Numbered from the stretch's first letter, positions 36,006 to 46,723 are shown. The stretch is DNA of 64,000 nt from Chloroflexota bacterium (GCA_019873625.1 JAIOAW010000014.1:9925-73924); one strand, 5' to 3'. Notes: generated by a model not told the origin, from the letters alone. Made by a program: numbers and translations.

Positions 36006-37421
36006 ATGGCGTTGAAAGTTACCACAGTGCCGATTGGCCCCAGAGAAGTGGAATTGACTATCGAGCCGGATGCGGATTTCTTGGCCCAGGCGATGCGCCA
36101 GGCCGCTCAGCGCATCTCGCGCTATCGGCCCGTGCCAGGCTATCGGCCCGGCCGGGCGCCGTATGCCTTGGTCGAGCGCATTTATGGCCGCGAGATCATC
36201 CTCAACGAGGCCCTGGATCACGAAGCCCGAAATATCTTTGAGCAGGCCATCCGAGAGGCCGCCATCGAGCCGCTTACGCAGGAACAGATGTCCATCGCCA
36301 GCCAAGACCCCGTCACCCTCAAAGTGCGCGTCTCTCTGGTGCCTGAGGTCACGCTAGGAGATTACAAGAGCATCACGCTCGAACCCAAACCGCCCATCTC
36401 CATCTCTGAAGAGACGTTGAACGAGATGTTGGAGGATATCCGCCGGCGCCACGCCGAGGTCATCACGGTGGATCGCCCTCTCGCTTTGGGTGATGAGGCC
36501 CTGATGAATATCCGTGGCGAAGTGGAGGGCCAGACGGTCATCAACCGCCCCGAAGTCGCCCAAGACGTAACGGCCGAGATGGAGCCGCCTGGCTTTGCCG
36601 AGGCGATCGTCGGGATGAAGGCGGGTGAGACGCGCGAGTTTACCCTGAGTTACCCTGAGGATTACGAGGATAAAGAACTCGCCGGGAAGCAGGTGGCCTT
36701 TACGGTAACGGTCCTGCGCGTTTCGGAGGTCAAACTGCCCCCCTTGGATGATGAATTGGCCAAGTTGGAGGGCGAGTATGACTCGTTAGAGGCCCTGCGC
36801 CAGCACTTGGCCGAGGTTGTGAAGCGCAATGAGGAGCAAGCGCGGCGCGCCCAAGAGATTGAAGAGGCCGTCGAGCGGCTCATCGAAATCAGCCAGTTCG
36901 ATTACCCAGATGTGATGCTGCACGACGAGTTGGATCGCCTCATCAACGAACGCCGGGTGATGGCCGAGAGCCTAGGCTATTCGTTCGAGAACTATTTGCG
37001 GCTGACGGGCACCAATGAGACGAGGCTCCGCGAGGAATTGACGCCTCAGGCGATGCGCAACATCGCGCGAGACCTGGTCCTTTCGGAATTGGCCAAGGCG
37101 GAAGGGTTGACCCTTTCCGAAAAAGAGCAGAACGATGCCCTCAACGCCTGGTACTTTCGCCTGTATATGACCTACGGCTCCCAAGAACGGGCGCAAGAGG
37201 CGGCGCGAGAGATGCTGCGGCGCGGCGCGATGATCAGGATCTTGAGCCGTGCGCTCTCTGAAAAGGCGGCGACTTATCTCGCCCTGCTCGCGACGGGCCG
37301 CCACGAAGAGGCCGCCGCGCTCAAGGCCGGCGAGGCCCCTTCTGAAACGCAAGAATCCGCCGCCGAAGCACAGCCCCCGGCCGGCGAGGCAGAAGATTCT
37401 GCCCAAGAGGCCGAGGCCTAA
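36006..37421 (+). CDS. tig: Trigger factor
   Basis: VPGYRPGRAP ribosome-binding signature; FKBP domain (PGF.EAIVGMKAGE...YPEDY...LAGK); upstream of clpPX. Confidence 0.93.
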   Translation: MALKVTTVPIGPREVELTIEPDADFLAQAMRQAAQRISRYRPVPGYRPGRAPYALVERIYGREIILNEALDHEARNIFEQAIREAAIEPLTQEQMSIASQDPVTLKVRVSLVPEVTLGDYKSITLEPKPPISISEETLNEMLEDIRRRHAEVITVDRPLALGDEALMNIRGEVEGQTVINRPEVAQDVTAEMEPPGFAEAIVGMKAGETREFTLSYPEDYEDKELAGKQVAFTVTVLRVSEVKLPPLDDELAKLEGEYDSLEALRQHLAEVVKRNEEQARRAQEIEEAVERLIEISQFDYPDVMLHDELDRLINERRVMAESLGYSFENYLRLTGTNETRLREELTPQAMRNIARDLVLSELAKAEGLTLSEKEQNDALNAWYFRLYMTYGSQERAQEAAREMLRRGAMIRILSRALSEKAATYLALLATGRHEEAAALKAGEAPSETQESAAEAQPPAGEAEDSAQEAEA

Positions 37422-37463
37422 CGGTTTTTAGCCCCCAAGGCGGGGGCGAGAAGGAGGGAACAT

Positions 37464-38081
37464 ATGGACCCCAGAGCACTTATTCCGATGGTTATCGAAT
37501 CCACAGGGCGCGGCGAGCGAGCCTATGACATCTACTCGCTCCTGCTCAAAGAGCGCATCGTCTTTTTGGGCACGCCCATTGATGATAACGTCGCTGGGCT
37601 GATCGTAGCCCAAATCCTGTTTTTGGATCGCGAAGATCCCGAGCGCGAGATCAAACTGTACATCCAATCGCCGGGGGGCGTCATCTACGCGGGCCTGGCC
37701 ATCTACGATACGATGCAGGTGGTGCGGGCGCCCATCTCCACCATTGCCATCGGGAGCACGGCGAGTATGGGCACCGTCCTCCTCGCCGCGGGCACGCCCG
37801 GCCGGCGCTTTGCCTTGCCCAACGCCACCATTCACCTACATCAGCCCTTGGGCGGGGCGCGCGGGCAGGCCACCGATATCCAAATCCAGGCCGAAGAGAT
37901 CTTGCGCTTGCGCAAACGCCTGAACGAGATCTTGGCCTACCACACCGGCCAGCCGCTGGAGCGCATCGAGCGCGACACCGATCGAGACTTTTTTATGGAT
38001 GCGGAGATGGCGCGCCAGTACGGCATCATTGACGAAGTGATCAAGCCCTTTCCGCGCGAAAAGCGCCAGGAGAACAAATAA
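37464..38081 (+). CDS. clpP: ATP-dependent Clp protease proteolytic subunit
   Basis: [31 protein letters not shown] and DTDRD. Confidence 0.97.
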   Translation: MDPRALIPMVIESTGRGERAYDIYSLLLKERIVFLGTPIDDNVAGLIVAQILFLDREDPEREIKLYIQSPGGVIYAGLAIYDTMQVVRAPISTIAIGSTASMGTVLLAAGTPGRRFALPNATIHLHQPLGGARGQATDIQIQAEEILRLRKRLNEILAYHTGQPLERIERDTDRDFFMDAEMARQYGIIDEVIKPFPREKRQENK

Positions 38082-39346
38082 TGCGTGAACCTTCTCTCGA
38101 GCCGCGGTGCTCCTTTTGCGATCAGCCGGAGCACCGCGTGCGCCGGATGATTTCTGGCCCGAACGGCGTGTACATTTGCGATGCCTGCGTCAACCTCTGC
38201 AAGCAGATTCTCGACGCGGGTCTTGCGAATGCCAAGAACACGCCGCCGATTACCCGGGTCCCTTCTCCCAAAGAGATTTACCAAGCCCTTTCGGATTACG
38301 TCATCGGCCAAGACCGCGCCAAAAAGACCCTGGCCGTGGCCGTGTATAACCACTACAAGCGCATCTTGGCCGGCCTTGACCGTAAGGAGAAACAGACCAC
38401 AGCCCAGGAGGATATCGAGGTCCAAAAGAGCAACGTCCTCCTCATCGGGCCAACGGGTTGCGGGAAGACGCTGCTTGCCCAAACCTTGGCGCGTTTTTTG
38501 GACGTGCCCTTCTGCATCGCCGATGCCACGGCCCTCACCGAAGCGGGTTACGTGGGCGAGGATGTCGAGAACATCCTCTTGAGGCTGATTCAGGCGGCCG
38601 ATTACGACTTGGAGCGCGCCGAACGGGGCATCGTGTACATTGATGAGATTGACAAGATCGCCCGCAAGACGGGCGATAACCCCTCCATTACGCGAGATGT
38701 GTCCGGCGAGGGCGTTCAGCAGGCCCTGCTCAAGATCCTCGAGGGGACGGTGGCGAACGTCCCCCCGCAGGGCGGGCGCAAGCATCCCCATCAAGAGTTC
38801 ATCCAACTCGATACGACGAACATCCTTTTCATCTGCGGGGGGGCCTTCGACGGGTTAGAGGATGTCATCGCCGAACGCGTGCATACCAAATCGGCCTTGG
38901 GGTTCCGCGTAGAGGCCGAGGCGCGCACTCGCCCCGAGGTGAGCGATCTCTTGCGCCAGGTTACGCCGGATGATCTCTTGCGCTATGGGATGATCCCCGA
39001 ATTCGTGGGGCGGCTGCCCGTCATCGTCACGGTGGACGCCTTGACCGAGGATGACCTGGTGCGCATCCTCACCGAACCTAAGAACGCCCTCGTGCGGCAG
39101 TATCAAAAACTGTTGGCGCTGGATCACGTCGAACTCGAGTTCACCGAAGAGGCTTTGCGCACCGCCGCCCAAGAGGCCCTGCGGCGCAAGATGGGCGCAC
39201 GTGGGTTGCGCACCATCATCGAAGAGACGCTCCTCGACGTGATGTACGAACTCCCCTCGCGGCCCGATATCCGCAAGTGGGTCGTTACGGCCGAGGCCAT
39301 CCGCAACCGCCGCGAACAGCGGTTGGAACTTTCCAACGTCGCCTGA
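38081..39346 (+). CDS. clpX: ATP-dependent Clp protease ATP-binding subunit ClpX
   Basis: CSFC...ICDAC zinc finger, [19 protein letters not shown] and LGF loop. Confidence 0.97.
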   Translation: MREPSLEPRCSFCDQPEHRVRRMISGPNGVYICDACVNLCKQILDAGLANAKNTPPITRVPSPKEIYQALSDYVIGQDRAKKTLAVAVYNHYKRILAGLDRKEKQTTAQEDIEVQKSNVLLIGPTGCGKTLLAQTLARFLDVPFCIADATALTEAGYVGEDVENILLRLIQAADYDLERAERGIVYIDEIDKIARKTGDNPSITRDVSGEGVQQALLKILEGTVANVPPQGGRKHPHQEFIQLDTTNILFICGGAFDGLEDVIAERVHTKSALGFRVEAEARTRPEVSDLLRQVTPDDLLRYGMIPEFVGRLPVIVTVDALTEDDLVRILTEPKNALVRQYQKLLALDHVELEFTEEALRTAAQEALRRKMGARGLRTIIEETLLDVMYELPSRPDIRKWVVTAEAIRNRREQRLELSNVA

Positions 39347-39373
39347 TAGGGGCGCATAGGTATGCGCCCCTAC
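39347..39373. repeat. REP-like palindrome (GTAG/CTAC type)
   Basis: TAGGGGCGCATA-GG-TATGCGCCCCTAC immediately after clpX. Confidence 0.6.
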
Positions 39374-39394
39374 GGGGCTTATTGGCTAGCCTGG

Positions 39395-39425
39395 GCGGGC
39401 CGAGAGGCCCGCGCTTTTCTTTTCT
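39395..39425 (+). terminator. Terminator of tig-clpP-clpX (REP-like hairpin)
   Basis: GCGGGCC-GAGA-GGCCCGC followed by GCTTTTCTTTTCT. Confidence 0.65.
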
Positions 39426-39507
39426 CGCGGTGGGGGCGTGCGGCGCCTGCCTTACGAGCGGGTTTACGGCTCCGCGCCTTTTCCGATTGCCCTCTACCCT
39501 CACCCCT

Positions 39508-39536
39508 TTGACACGGCGCCCCCCTTCGGCTAGAAT
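39508..39536 (+). promoter_or_regulatory. Sigma70 promoter of the alaS operon
   Basis: TTGACA-17 bp-TAGAAT. Confidence 0.75.
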
Positions 39537-39569
39537 CTCGTACGTATGGATACCAAGTAGGGGAATCGT

Positions 39570-42212
39570 ATGATAAAGAGTGCCGAAATTCGCAGCCGCT
39601 TTCTGCAATTCTTTGCCGATCGAGGGCATACCATCGTCAAGAGTTCTTCCCTCGTGCCGGCCAATGACCCCACGCTCCTCTTTACCAACGCGGGGATGGT
39701 CCAATTCAAAGACGTCTTCCTCGGCTTGGAAAAGCGGCCCTACACGCGTGCCGCCACGGCCCAAAAGGTCCTGCGCGTGAGCGGCAAGCATAATGACCTC
39801 GAATCCGTAGGCCCCTCGCCTCGGCACCACACCTTTTTCGAGATGCTCGGCAATTTCTCCTTTGGCGACTATTTCAAGGCCGAGGCCATTGCCTATGCGT
39901 ACGAGTTCCTGACGCAGGATATCGGCCTGGACCCCTCTCGCCTGTATGCCTCCATCTACCAGGAGGATGAAGAGGCCTTTACCCTCTGGCATAAGCGCAT
40001 CGGCCTGCCGGCCGATCATATCATCCGCTTGGGCGCCAAAGATAACTTTTGGGAGATGGGCGATACCGGCCCTTGCGGCCCCTGCTCCGAGATCTTTTAC
40101 GATCGCGGGCCGCGCTTTTGCTCCTGCGGCCGGCCCGATTGCTCGCCGGCGCACTCGTGCGACCGCTGGCCCGAGTTGTGGAACCTCGTCTTTATGCAGT
40201 ATGAGCGCCATGAAGATGGCAGCCTCACCCCCCTGCCGCGCCCCAGCATTGATACGGGCCTGGGCTTTGAGCGCTTTACGGCGGTGTTGCAGGATGCCGA
40301 AAGCAATTACGATACCGACCTCTTTATGCCCATCATCCGGCGCACGCAGGAATTGCTCGGCCACAGCGATGAAGCGCGCCGCCGCCATTATGTGGCTTAC
40401 CGCGTCATCGCCGACCACAGCCGCGCCATCACCTTCCTCATTGCCGATGGCGTGATGCCCGGTAACGAGGGGCGCAATTACGTCTTGCGGCTCATCTTGC
40501 GGCGGGCGGCGCGCTACGGCCGGCGGTTGGGGTTCACCCAACCCTTCCTCGCCGAGACGGCCGACGTCGTCATCGAGACGATGGGCGGCCACTACCGCGA
40601 ACTCGTCGAGCGCCGCGATTTCATCCGCCAAGCCATTACGCAGGAGGAAGAGCGCTTCCTGCCCACCCTAGATGTGGGGCTGGCGCGGCTCGACCAACTC
40701 ATAGCGCGCCTGCGCGCCGAAGACCGCCGCGAGATTGCCGGCGAAGAGGCCTTCCGCCTGTATGATACATACGGCTTCCCCTTGGAATTGACGCGCGACG
40801 CCGCCCAAGAGGCCGGTTTTACGGTGGATGAAGACGGCTTCCGCGCGGCGATGGCCGCCCAACGCGAACGCGCCCGTGCCGCACAGCGCTTTGCGGCCGA
40901 TGCCGAGGCCGCCCTCTACCGCGAGATGGGTTTGCCCTCCACTACCTTCCTGGGGTATGAGCGCCTGGAGGCCGAGGCACACGTCGTGGCCATCGTGCAG
41001 GATGGGCATATGGTGGAATCGGCCAAGGCCGGGGAAAGGGTGGATCTCGTCCTCGACCGGACGCCTTTCTACGCCGAATCGGGCGGGCAGGTGGGCGATA
41101 CGGGCCTCATCACCCACGCCGAGGCGCGCCTCGAGGTTACGGATACCGTCAAACCCATCCCAGAGGTCATCGTGCACCGCGTGCACGTTTTAGAGGGCAC
41201 GGTGCGCGTGGGAGATGCCGTCTATGCTGCCGTGGATGTCGAGCGCCGCCTGGATATCGCCCGCAACCACACGGCCACGCACCTTTTGCACCGCGCCTTG
41301 CGCCAGGTGCTCGGCGAGCACGCCGCCCAGGCCGGGTCGCTCGTGGCGCCCGACCGGCTCCGTTTTGACTTTGCTCACCTCTCGGCATTGACGCCCGATG
41401 AACTCCGCCGCGTCGCCGAAATCGTCAACGCGGAAATCCGCGCCGATCGCCCTGTGCGCACGCGCATCACCTCGTTCGATGAGGCCACGCGCGAGGGCGC
41501 CATCGCCCTATTCGGCGAAAAATACGGCGACCAAGTGCGCGTGGTGACGGTGGAAGGGTTCACCAGCGAGTTATGCGGCGGCACGCACCTCGAGCGGACG
41601 GGGCAAATTGGCTTTTTCCTCATCGAGAGCGAATCGAGCGTGGGGGCCGGTTTGCGCCGCATCGAGGCGCTCACCGGCCGCGGCGCGGAGGCCTATGTGC
41701 GCGAACTGCGCGAGCGTATGCAGGCCCTCGATGACATCCTTGCGGCTCGCCCCGGCGAGGAATGCCAGCGCGCCCAGGAACTCGTCTCCCAATGGCGCGA
41801 ACAGCGCCGCACCATCCAAGACCTTCAGCGCACCCTGAGTGCGCTCACGGCTGAGCAACTCCTGGCCCAGGCCGTCGAGGTTCAAGGCACCCGCGTGCTC
41901 GCGGCGCAGACCTCCGCCGTAGATGCCGACGCGCTCCGCGAACTTTCCGATCGCCTACGCGACCGCTTGGGCAGCGCCGTGGTGGCCTTGGGCGCCGTGA
42001 TAGACGACCGGCCTTTGCTCGTGGTGAGCCTGACGCCTGACCTCGTCTCCAAAGGGCTGCACGCCGGCCGCCTGGCGAATGAGGCGGCGCGTTGCCTGGG
42101 CGGCGGGGGCGGCGGGCGCCCCAATATGGCCACGGCGGGCGGCAAAGAGGCGGCACGCCTGCCCGAGGCGCTGAACCAGGTGGTAACCTTGGTGCGCCGC
42201 ACCCTTGCCTAG
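39570..42212 (+). CDS. alaS: Alanine--tRNA ligase
   Basis: DPTLLFTNAGMVQFK, HHTFFEMLGNFSFGDYFK, editing HTATHLLH and ELCGGTH; C-terminal GGGGG. Confidence 0.98.
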   Translation: MIKSAEIRSRFLQFFADRGHTIVKSSSLVPANDPTLLFTNAGMVQFKDVFLGLEKRPYTRAATAQKVLRVSGKHNDLESVGPSPRHHTFFEMLGNFSFGDYFKAEAIAYAYEFLTQDIGLDPSRLYASIYQEDEEAFTLWHKRIGLPADHIIRLGAKDNFWEMGDTGPCGPCSEIFYDRGPRFCSCGRPDCSPAHSCDRWPELWNLVFMQYERHEDGSLTPLPRPSIDTGLGFERFTAVLQDAESNYDTDLFMPIIRRTQELLGHSDEARRRHYVAYRVIADHSRAITFLIADGVMPGNEGRNYVLRLILRRAARYGRRLGFTQPFLAETADVVIETMGGHYRELVERRDFIRQAITQEEERFLPTLDVGLARLDQLIARLRAEDRREIAGEEAFRLYDTYGFPLELTRDAAQEAGFTVDEDGFRAAMAAQRERARAAQRFAADAEAALYREMGLPSTTFLGYERLEAEAHVVAIVQDGHMVESAKAGERVDLVLDRTPFYAESGGQVGDTGLITHAEARLEVTDTVKPIPEVIVHRVHVLEGTVRVGDAVYAAVDVERRLDIARNHTATHLLHRALRQVLGEHAAQAGSLVAPDRLRFDFAHLSALTPDELRRVAEIVNAEIRADRPVRTRITSFDEATREGAIALFGEKYGDQVRVVTVEGFTSELCGGTHLERTGQIGFFLIESESSVGAGLRRIEALTGRGAEAYVRELRERMQALDDILAARPGEECQRAQELVSQWREQRRTIQDLQRTLSALTAEQLLAQAVEVQGTRVLAAQTSAVDADALRELSDRLRDRLGSAVVALGAVIDDRPLLVVSLTPDLVSKGLHAGRLANEAARCLGGGGGGRPNMATAGGKEAARLPEALNQVVTLVRRTLA

Positions 42213-42242
42213 GATGATGACGCCAAACGCCTTCGCTGCGGA

Positions 42243-43523
42243 ATGGGAATGGTCTTGCTGAGCCGAACGCCGAAAGTAGGGCCGATGCCGGAGATGCGCC
42301 ACCACACCCTAATGACATGGGAGCACGGCCACGTGCGAGCGGCGGTGCTCCAGTTGAACGAGGGCACCGCCGAGATTATGGGCGTGGCGGCGGCGCCCGT
42401 GCACGGCATCGGCGGGACGAACCTGCCCGACGTGGAGCGCTGGTACATCGGCGGCGAGCGCGCCCTCACCCAGGCCGAGGAGATGACGGCGCATTCCAGT
42501 TCGCGCAAGGTCGTGCCCGATGACGTCACAATGTGCATCCCCTCCGAGGTGACGCGAGACCTTCCGGTTACGGTCTCTCAGCGGCGCCGCAACGCGAAAC
42601 GCCCCATCTCCCTCGAAGAGATGGCCGCCCTCTTGCGGCGGGGTTACCGCACCGCGCAAGATCGCGCTCAAGACCAGGGCTATAGCGCCTCGGAGGATAT
42701 CGTCTGCGGCTGTTTGACGCGCCTCACCGTGGATGGGCAAAGCGTGCTGGACCCCATAGGCCTTTACGGTGAGGCGGTTGAGGCGCAGTTATGCTTCTTC
42801 TTAGCCCCCGTGGTTTGGATTCGCGCCCTGGAGGCCGTCGCCGCACGGTTGGAATTGGCCCTGACTTCCATCGTACCGCATCATATGGCCTACGCCGCAC
42901 CCTTGGGCGAACCCGAGGCGTTGATGGTCCTCTTGGATGAGGATCACTCGCTGATGGCGCTCGTGCGCAACGGTCGCATCGAGTGGACGGCGCGCGCCCC
43001 TGTGGGCGCCGGGAAAATGCTCCAAGGGGCCACGGAGGATTTCAACCTCTCCAGCCCTCAGCATATCGCCCTCCTGATGCGCGCCTATCGGGCCGGGCAA
43101 TTGCGGGAGGATTTCGAAGAGACGCTGGCGCGGGCCTTCTGGCGTGAACTCCGCCATTGGATGACCGCCCTAGCCGAACAGGCCCAACGGGCTGCGTCGG
43201 TTCAGCACTTTCCGCCGCGCCTCTTTTTCTTCGATGTGCCCCGGGCTGTGCCCGAGGCGCGCCTATCGCTGGAAACGCCTTTCTGGGAACGCTGTTTGCC
43301 CTTTGGCCGCTGCCCAGAGGTGCTCGAAATGGAGACCTCCAACGTGCGCAACGTCTTGGATTGGACCTCGCGGGCCGGTGGTCCGGCCTTTCTCCTTCTG
43401 CGCTCGGCGGCGCATCACATCGCCCGCGTGTACGCGCCGAGCCATGCGCTAGAGCGCCTACTCATCGAGATGATCCACTGGCGCCGCGCCGCCGCCAAGC
43501 ATCCCTCGCGGCGCGGGCGCTAG
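42243..43523 (+). CDS. FtsA-like actin-fold protein with degenerate ATP-binding motifs
   Basis: ERALTQAEEM, VDGQSVLDPIGLYG and ALEAVAARLELAL match the FtsA 1A/1C pattern. The phosphate-1, phosphate-2 and adenosine motifs are replaced (TWEHGH, LLDEDHS, FFDVPR). Start uncertain (42243-42294). Confidence 0.7.
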   Translation: MGMVLLSRTPKVGPMPEMRHHTLMTWEHGHVRAAVLQLNEGTAEIMGVAAAPVHGIGGTNLPDVERWYIGGERALTQAEEMTAHSSSRKVVPDDVTMCIPSEVTRDLPVTVSQRRRNAKRPISLEEMAALLRRGYRTAQDRAQDQGYSASEDIVCGCLTRLTVDGQSVLDPIGLYGEAVEAQLCFFLAPVVWIRALEAVAARLELALTSIVPHHMAYAAPLGEPEALMVLLDEDHSLMALVRNGRIEWTARAPVGAGKMLQGATEDFNLSSPQHIALLMRAYRAGQLREDFEETLARAFWRELRHWMTALAEQAQRAASVQHFPPRLFFFDVPRAVPEARLSLETPFWERCLPFGRCPEVLEMETSNVRNVLDWTSRAGGPAFLLLRSAAHHIARVYAPSHALERLLIEMIHWRRAAAKHPSRRGR

Positions 43524-43539
43524 GGCTTAGGAGGTTTGT

Positions 43540-45063
43540 TTGCACGAGACACAGGTCATCCGCCTTTCGCGGAGGGATACCCTCGATGCCCTTTGCCAGG
43601 TGATCGAAGACTCCCCGCCGAACACGAGCCTCTGGCTCGTGGCCCCTTGGCAGTGGGGCATCACGCGTCGGTTGTTCAACCTCAAACGCTTGGCCTACGC
43701 CGCCGAGCGCGCCCACGTGGCCTTACACCTCGTTTCGGCCCATCGCGAAACGCGCCTGCTCGCACGGGAGGCCGGGCTAGCCGCCCATTGGATGCTCCCG
43801 TTTCGCCTGCGCCGCTACGCCCGCCGCCTTGGCAAGCCGCACGGGCGGCCCAGTTCGCTCGTGGCGCGCCGCGCCATCGTCGAGGGCGTGCTGGAAAAGC
43901 GCCTGGGCTATCGCCGCCGCTTGAGCCTAGGGGGCGCCCTGGCCGGCCTCTTGACGATCGCCTTGCTAGCAGCCACCGGGGCGGCCACCTTCGTGGCCCT
44001 CGTGCCCCAGGCCGAGGTGCAGATCCAGCCCGTGGCGCAGCCCGTAAGCGTCTCCTTCCGGGTGCGCGCCAGCCCCGTCTACCGCGAGGTAGATTACGGC
44101 GCCGCCGTCATCCCGGCCCGGCCGGTGCAGGTCATCGTGGAGGAACGTGCCGAAGAGCCGGCCACCGGTGGGTTGGATGTGCCCGATGGCTATGCCTCGG
44201 GCGAGGTCATCTTTGCCAACCGCACCGATCAGCCCGTGCTCGTGCCCAAGGGGACCATCGTGCGCACGGGTTCGGGGGTGAACGCCCGCTTCGCCACGGT
44301 GAGCGACGTCGAGGTGCCCGGCCAACTGTACGCCCACGCCCGCGTGGGCATCGTCGCGCTTGACCCCGGCCCCGTGGGCAACGCCCAGCCCCTCACCATC
44401 AACATCGTCGAGGGGGATATCGGCTACAAGGTAGATGTGCTGAACACCAGCCCCACCCAAGGGGGCACGGTGCGGCGCACCCCGGTCGTTACCGCGGAGG
44501 ATTTCGAGCGCCTATCGGCGAAACTCCTCGAACAACTTACGCAAGATGCTTACGCCCAACTGGTGGGCGAACTCGAAGAGGGCGAATTCATCCCTGCGCA
44601 GAGCCTCGATGTGCGCATTATGTCTCAGAAGTATGACCAAGTGGTAGGCCAGCGGAGCGCCGTGGCCTCGATGACGATGAAGGTGGTGGCGCGGGGCACC
44701 GCTGTGGATGGCAAGGCCCTCGAACAACTCGCCACGCAGTTCCTCATCCAGCGCCAAAGCGAGGGTGAGGAATTGCAGATTATCCCCGATAGCCTGGTGA
44801 TCCGCCGGGGGGAAGAGATCGAAAAGGATCGCGACGAAATCCTGTTCGACGTCCAGGCGCGCGGGATGGTTACGCCGGTCATCAACATCGCCCGCCTGCA
44901 AGCCCACCTGCGCGGTAAGACGGCGCCTGCCGCCGAAGACTGGCTGCGCGAAAACCTCACCCTGGCCAGCCCACCCGAAGTCTCCATCCAACCCACCTGG
45001 TGGGAGCGCCTGCCCTGGCTGCCGGCGCGCCTCAAGGTACACATCCTTGCGGGAGAGACGTAA
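43540..45063 (+). CDS. Membrane-anchored baseplate J/gp47-like domain protein
   Basis: N-terminal alpha/beta domain, one TM helix, then ASGEVIFAN...VPKGTIV...FAT...ALDPGPVGN...N.SPTQGG, typical of the baseplate-J-like domain. TTG start after AGGAGG. Confidence 0.78.
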   Translation: MHETQVIRLSRRDTLDALCQVIEDSPPNTSLWLVAPWQWGITRRLFNLKRLAYAAERAHVALHLVSAHRETRLLAREAGLAAHWMLPFRLRRYARRLGKPHGRPSSLVARRAIVEGVLEKRLGYRRRLSLGGALAGLLTIALLAATGAATFVALVPQAEVQIQPVAQPVSVSFRVRASPVYREVDYGAAVIPARPVQVIVEERAEEPATGGLDVPDGYASGEVIFANRTDQPVLVPKGTIVRTGSGVNARFATVSDVEVPGQLYAHARVGIVALDPGPVGNAQPLTINIVEGDIGYKVDVLNTSPTQGGTVRRTPVVTAEDFERLSAKLLEQLTQDAYAQLVGELEEGEFIPAQSLDVRIMSQKYDQVVGQRSAVASMTMKVVARGTAVDGKALEQLATQFLIQRQSEGEELQIIPDSLVIRRGEEIEKDRDEILFDVQARGMVTPVINIARLQAHLRGKTAPAAEDWLRENLTLASPPEVSIQPTWWERLPWLPARLKVHILAGET

Positions 45064-45486
45064 ATGCGCTACCTCGCCCTCGATGTAGGCGACGAGCGCA
45101 TCGGCCTGGCCATCAGCGATGCCACCGGCCTCTTGGCGCGGCCGCTCACGGTCATCGCGCGGCGCCCAGGGCCGGGCAGTTTTCGGCAGATCGCGGCCCT
45201 CGTCGCCGAGCACGGCGTTGAGGCCCTCGTCGTGGGGCTGCCGCTTCTCCCCAGCGGCGAAGAGGGCAAACAGGCGGCCTCGGTGCGCGCTTATGTCAAG
45301 GGATTGATAGAATATATCGCGCTCCCCATCTATTGGCAAGATGAGCGCGATACCACCCGCGAGGCCGAGGCGATTATGGCCGAGACGAGGCGTTCGGCGC
45401 GGCGCCGCCGCCGCTGGCAAGATGCAGTGGCCGCCGCGGTCATCTTGCAGGCCTTTTTGAACGAACGGAGGGAAAATCCCCTGTGA
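45064..45486 (+). CDS. ruvX: Putative pre-16S rRNA nuclease / Holliday junction resolvase RuvX (YqgF)
   Basis: LALDVGDERIGLAISD, VVGLP, DER.TT and DAVAAAVILQ. Confidence 0.95.
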   Translation: MRYLALDVGDERIGLAISDATGLLARPLTVIARRPGPGSFRQIAALVAEHGVEALVVGLPLLPSGEEGKQAASVRAYVKGLIEYIALPIYWQDERDTTREAEAIMAETRRSARRRRRWQDAVAAAVILQAFLNERRENPL

Positions 45487-46637
45487 GGACGGTTCGTCTG
45501 CTCCTGCGTTTCATCATCACGGTGCTGGCGCTTTCCGCCGTAACCTTTCTCATCACGGGCGGCTTTTGGTATATGTGGCAAAACGCCCGCGGCAAAACGC
45601 CCCAAATTCGCTATACAATCACCTCTGCCAAGTTGGAGCGCGCCGCGCTCGGCCTGTATTTGCGTTACCGGGGGAGCGACGTAACCGAACCCGCCAACCC
45701 CAACGATAACCGCGAGGTGATTTTCACCATCGAGCCAGGCGACCCTGTCATCACCATCGCCTATCGCCTGCAGAATATGGGCCTGGTGAAAGATGCCGAA
45801 CTCTTTCGACGGGTGGTGCAATATTGGGGTACTGACGCCACCATCCAGGCCGGCGTGTACATCTTGCGGCCCAATATGACGATGGAAGAGATTATGCGCG
45901 AACTCCAGCACGGCCGCCTGCCCAGCGTCACGGTAACCATCCCCGAGGGCTGGCGCGCCGAGGAGATCGCCGCCCTCCTCGAGGAGAAGGGCGTTACCAC
46001 AGCCGAGGCCTTTATGGAAGCGGTCCATGGGGGGCGCACGGACCTCCCCTTCCTCCAAGACCGCCCGCCCGAAAGCGGCACCAGCGTGGAGGGGTTTCTC
46101 TTCCCCGATACGTACCAGTTCCCCGAAAACACGGCGCCGGAACGCATCGTGGAGATTATGCTGCAAAACTGGGGCCTGCGCGTGCCAGAGAGCGTCTGGC
46201 GAAAGGGCGCGCAGGAGCGGGGTATGACTATCTATGAGGTGGTGACCCTCGCCTCCATCGTCGAGCGCGAGGCCGTGGTGAGCGCCGAACGCCCCATCAT
46301 CGCCGGCGTCTATTTGAATCGCCTCAAGCAGGGGATGTATCTCCAGGCCGACCCCACCGTGCAGTATGCCAAGGGGTATGATCCCAAGACGGGCAAATGG
46401 TGGAATACAATGCTCCAGGAGGAAGCAAACACGGTCATCTCGCCCTATAATACCTTCCTCCACGGGGGGTTGCCGCCGGGGCCTATCTGCAACCCCGGCC
46501 TAGGGGCCATTATGGCCGTGCTCCAGCCCGCCGAGCATGACTACCTGTTCTTCTACGCCAAGGGGGATGGTTCGCACGTCTTTGCCAAGACGTACGAAGA
46601 GCATTTGGAAAATCAAAGGCTCTACGGCGGGCGGTAA
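45483..46637 (+). CDS. mltG: Endolytic transglycosylase MltG
   Basis: N-terminal TM; VTIPEG, EGFLFPDTY, LASIVEREA, LQADPTV and GLPPGPICNPG. Confidence 0.95.
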   Translation: MRTVRLLLRFIITVLALSAVTFLITGGFWYMWQNARGKTPQIRYTITSAKLERAALGLYLRYRGSDVTEPANPNDNREVIFTIEPGDPVITIAYRLQNMGLVKDAELFRRVVQYWGTDATIQAGVYILRPNMTMEEIMRELQHGRLPSVTVTIPEGWRAEEIAALLEEKGVTTAEAFMEAVHGGRTDLPFLQDRPPESGTSVEGFLFPDTYQFPENTAPERIVEIMLQNWGLRVPESVWRKGAQERGMTIYEVVTLASIVEREAVVSAERPIIAGVYLNRLKQGMYLQADPTVQYAKGYDPKTGKWWNTMLQEEANTVISPYNTFLHGGLPPGPICNPGLGAIMAVLQPAEHDYLFFYAKGDGSHVFAKTYEEHLENQRLYGGR

Positions 46638-46664
46638 ACATATAGGAGCGCGGGAAGCCCGGAA

Positions 46665-46701
46665 GTAACCTCCCGCAGGTTTGGAACCTGCGGGAGGTTA
46701 C
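46665..46701. repeat. REP-like long palindrome, copy 1
   Basis: GTAACCTCCCGCAGGTT-TGG-AACCTGCGGGAGGTTAC; near-identical copy at 55355-55390. Confidence 0.8.
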
Positions 46702-46723
46702 CTTGCCCTCTCTCTGGCCTTAT

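Noticed and set aside
39347-39569. T-box leader upstream of alaS (and of hisS at 57360-57498)
   Set aside because: Good promoters lie only about 35-40 bp before the start codons, leaving no room, and no T-box consensus was seen.
43540-45063. Prophage, tailocin or contractile injection system
   Set aside because: A single baseplate-J-like gene with a TM anchor in a housekeeping operon; no sheath, tube, spike, capsid or integrase genes.
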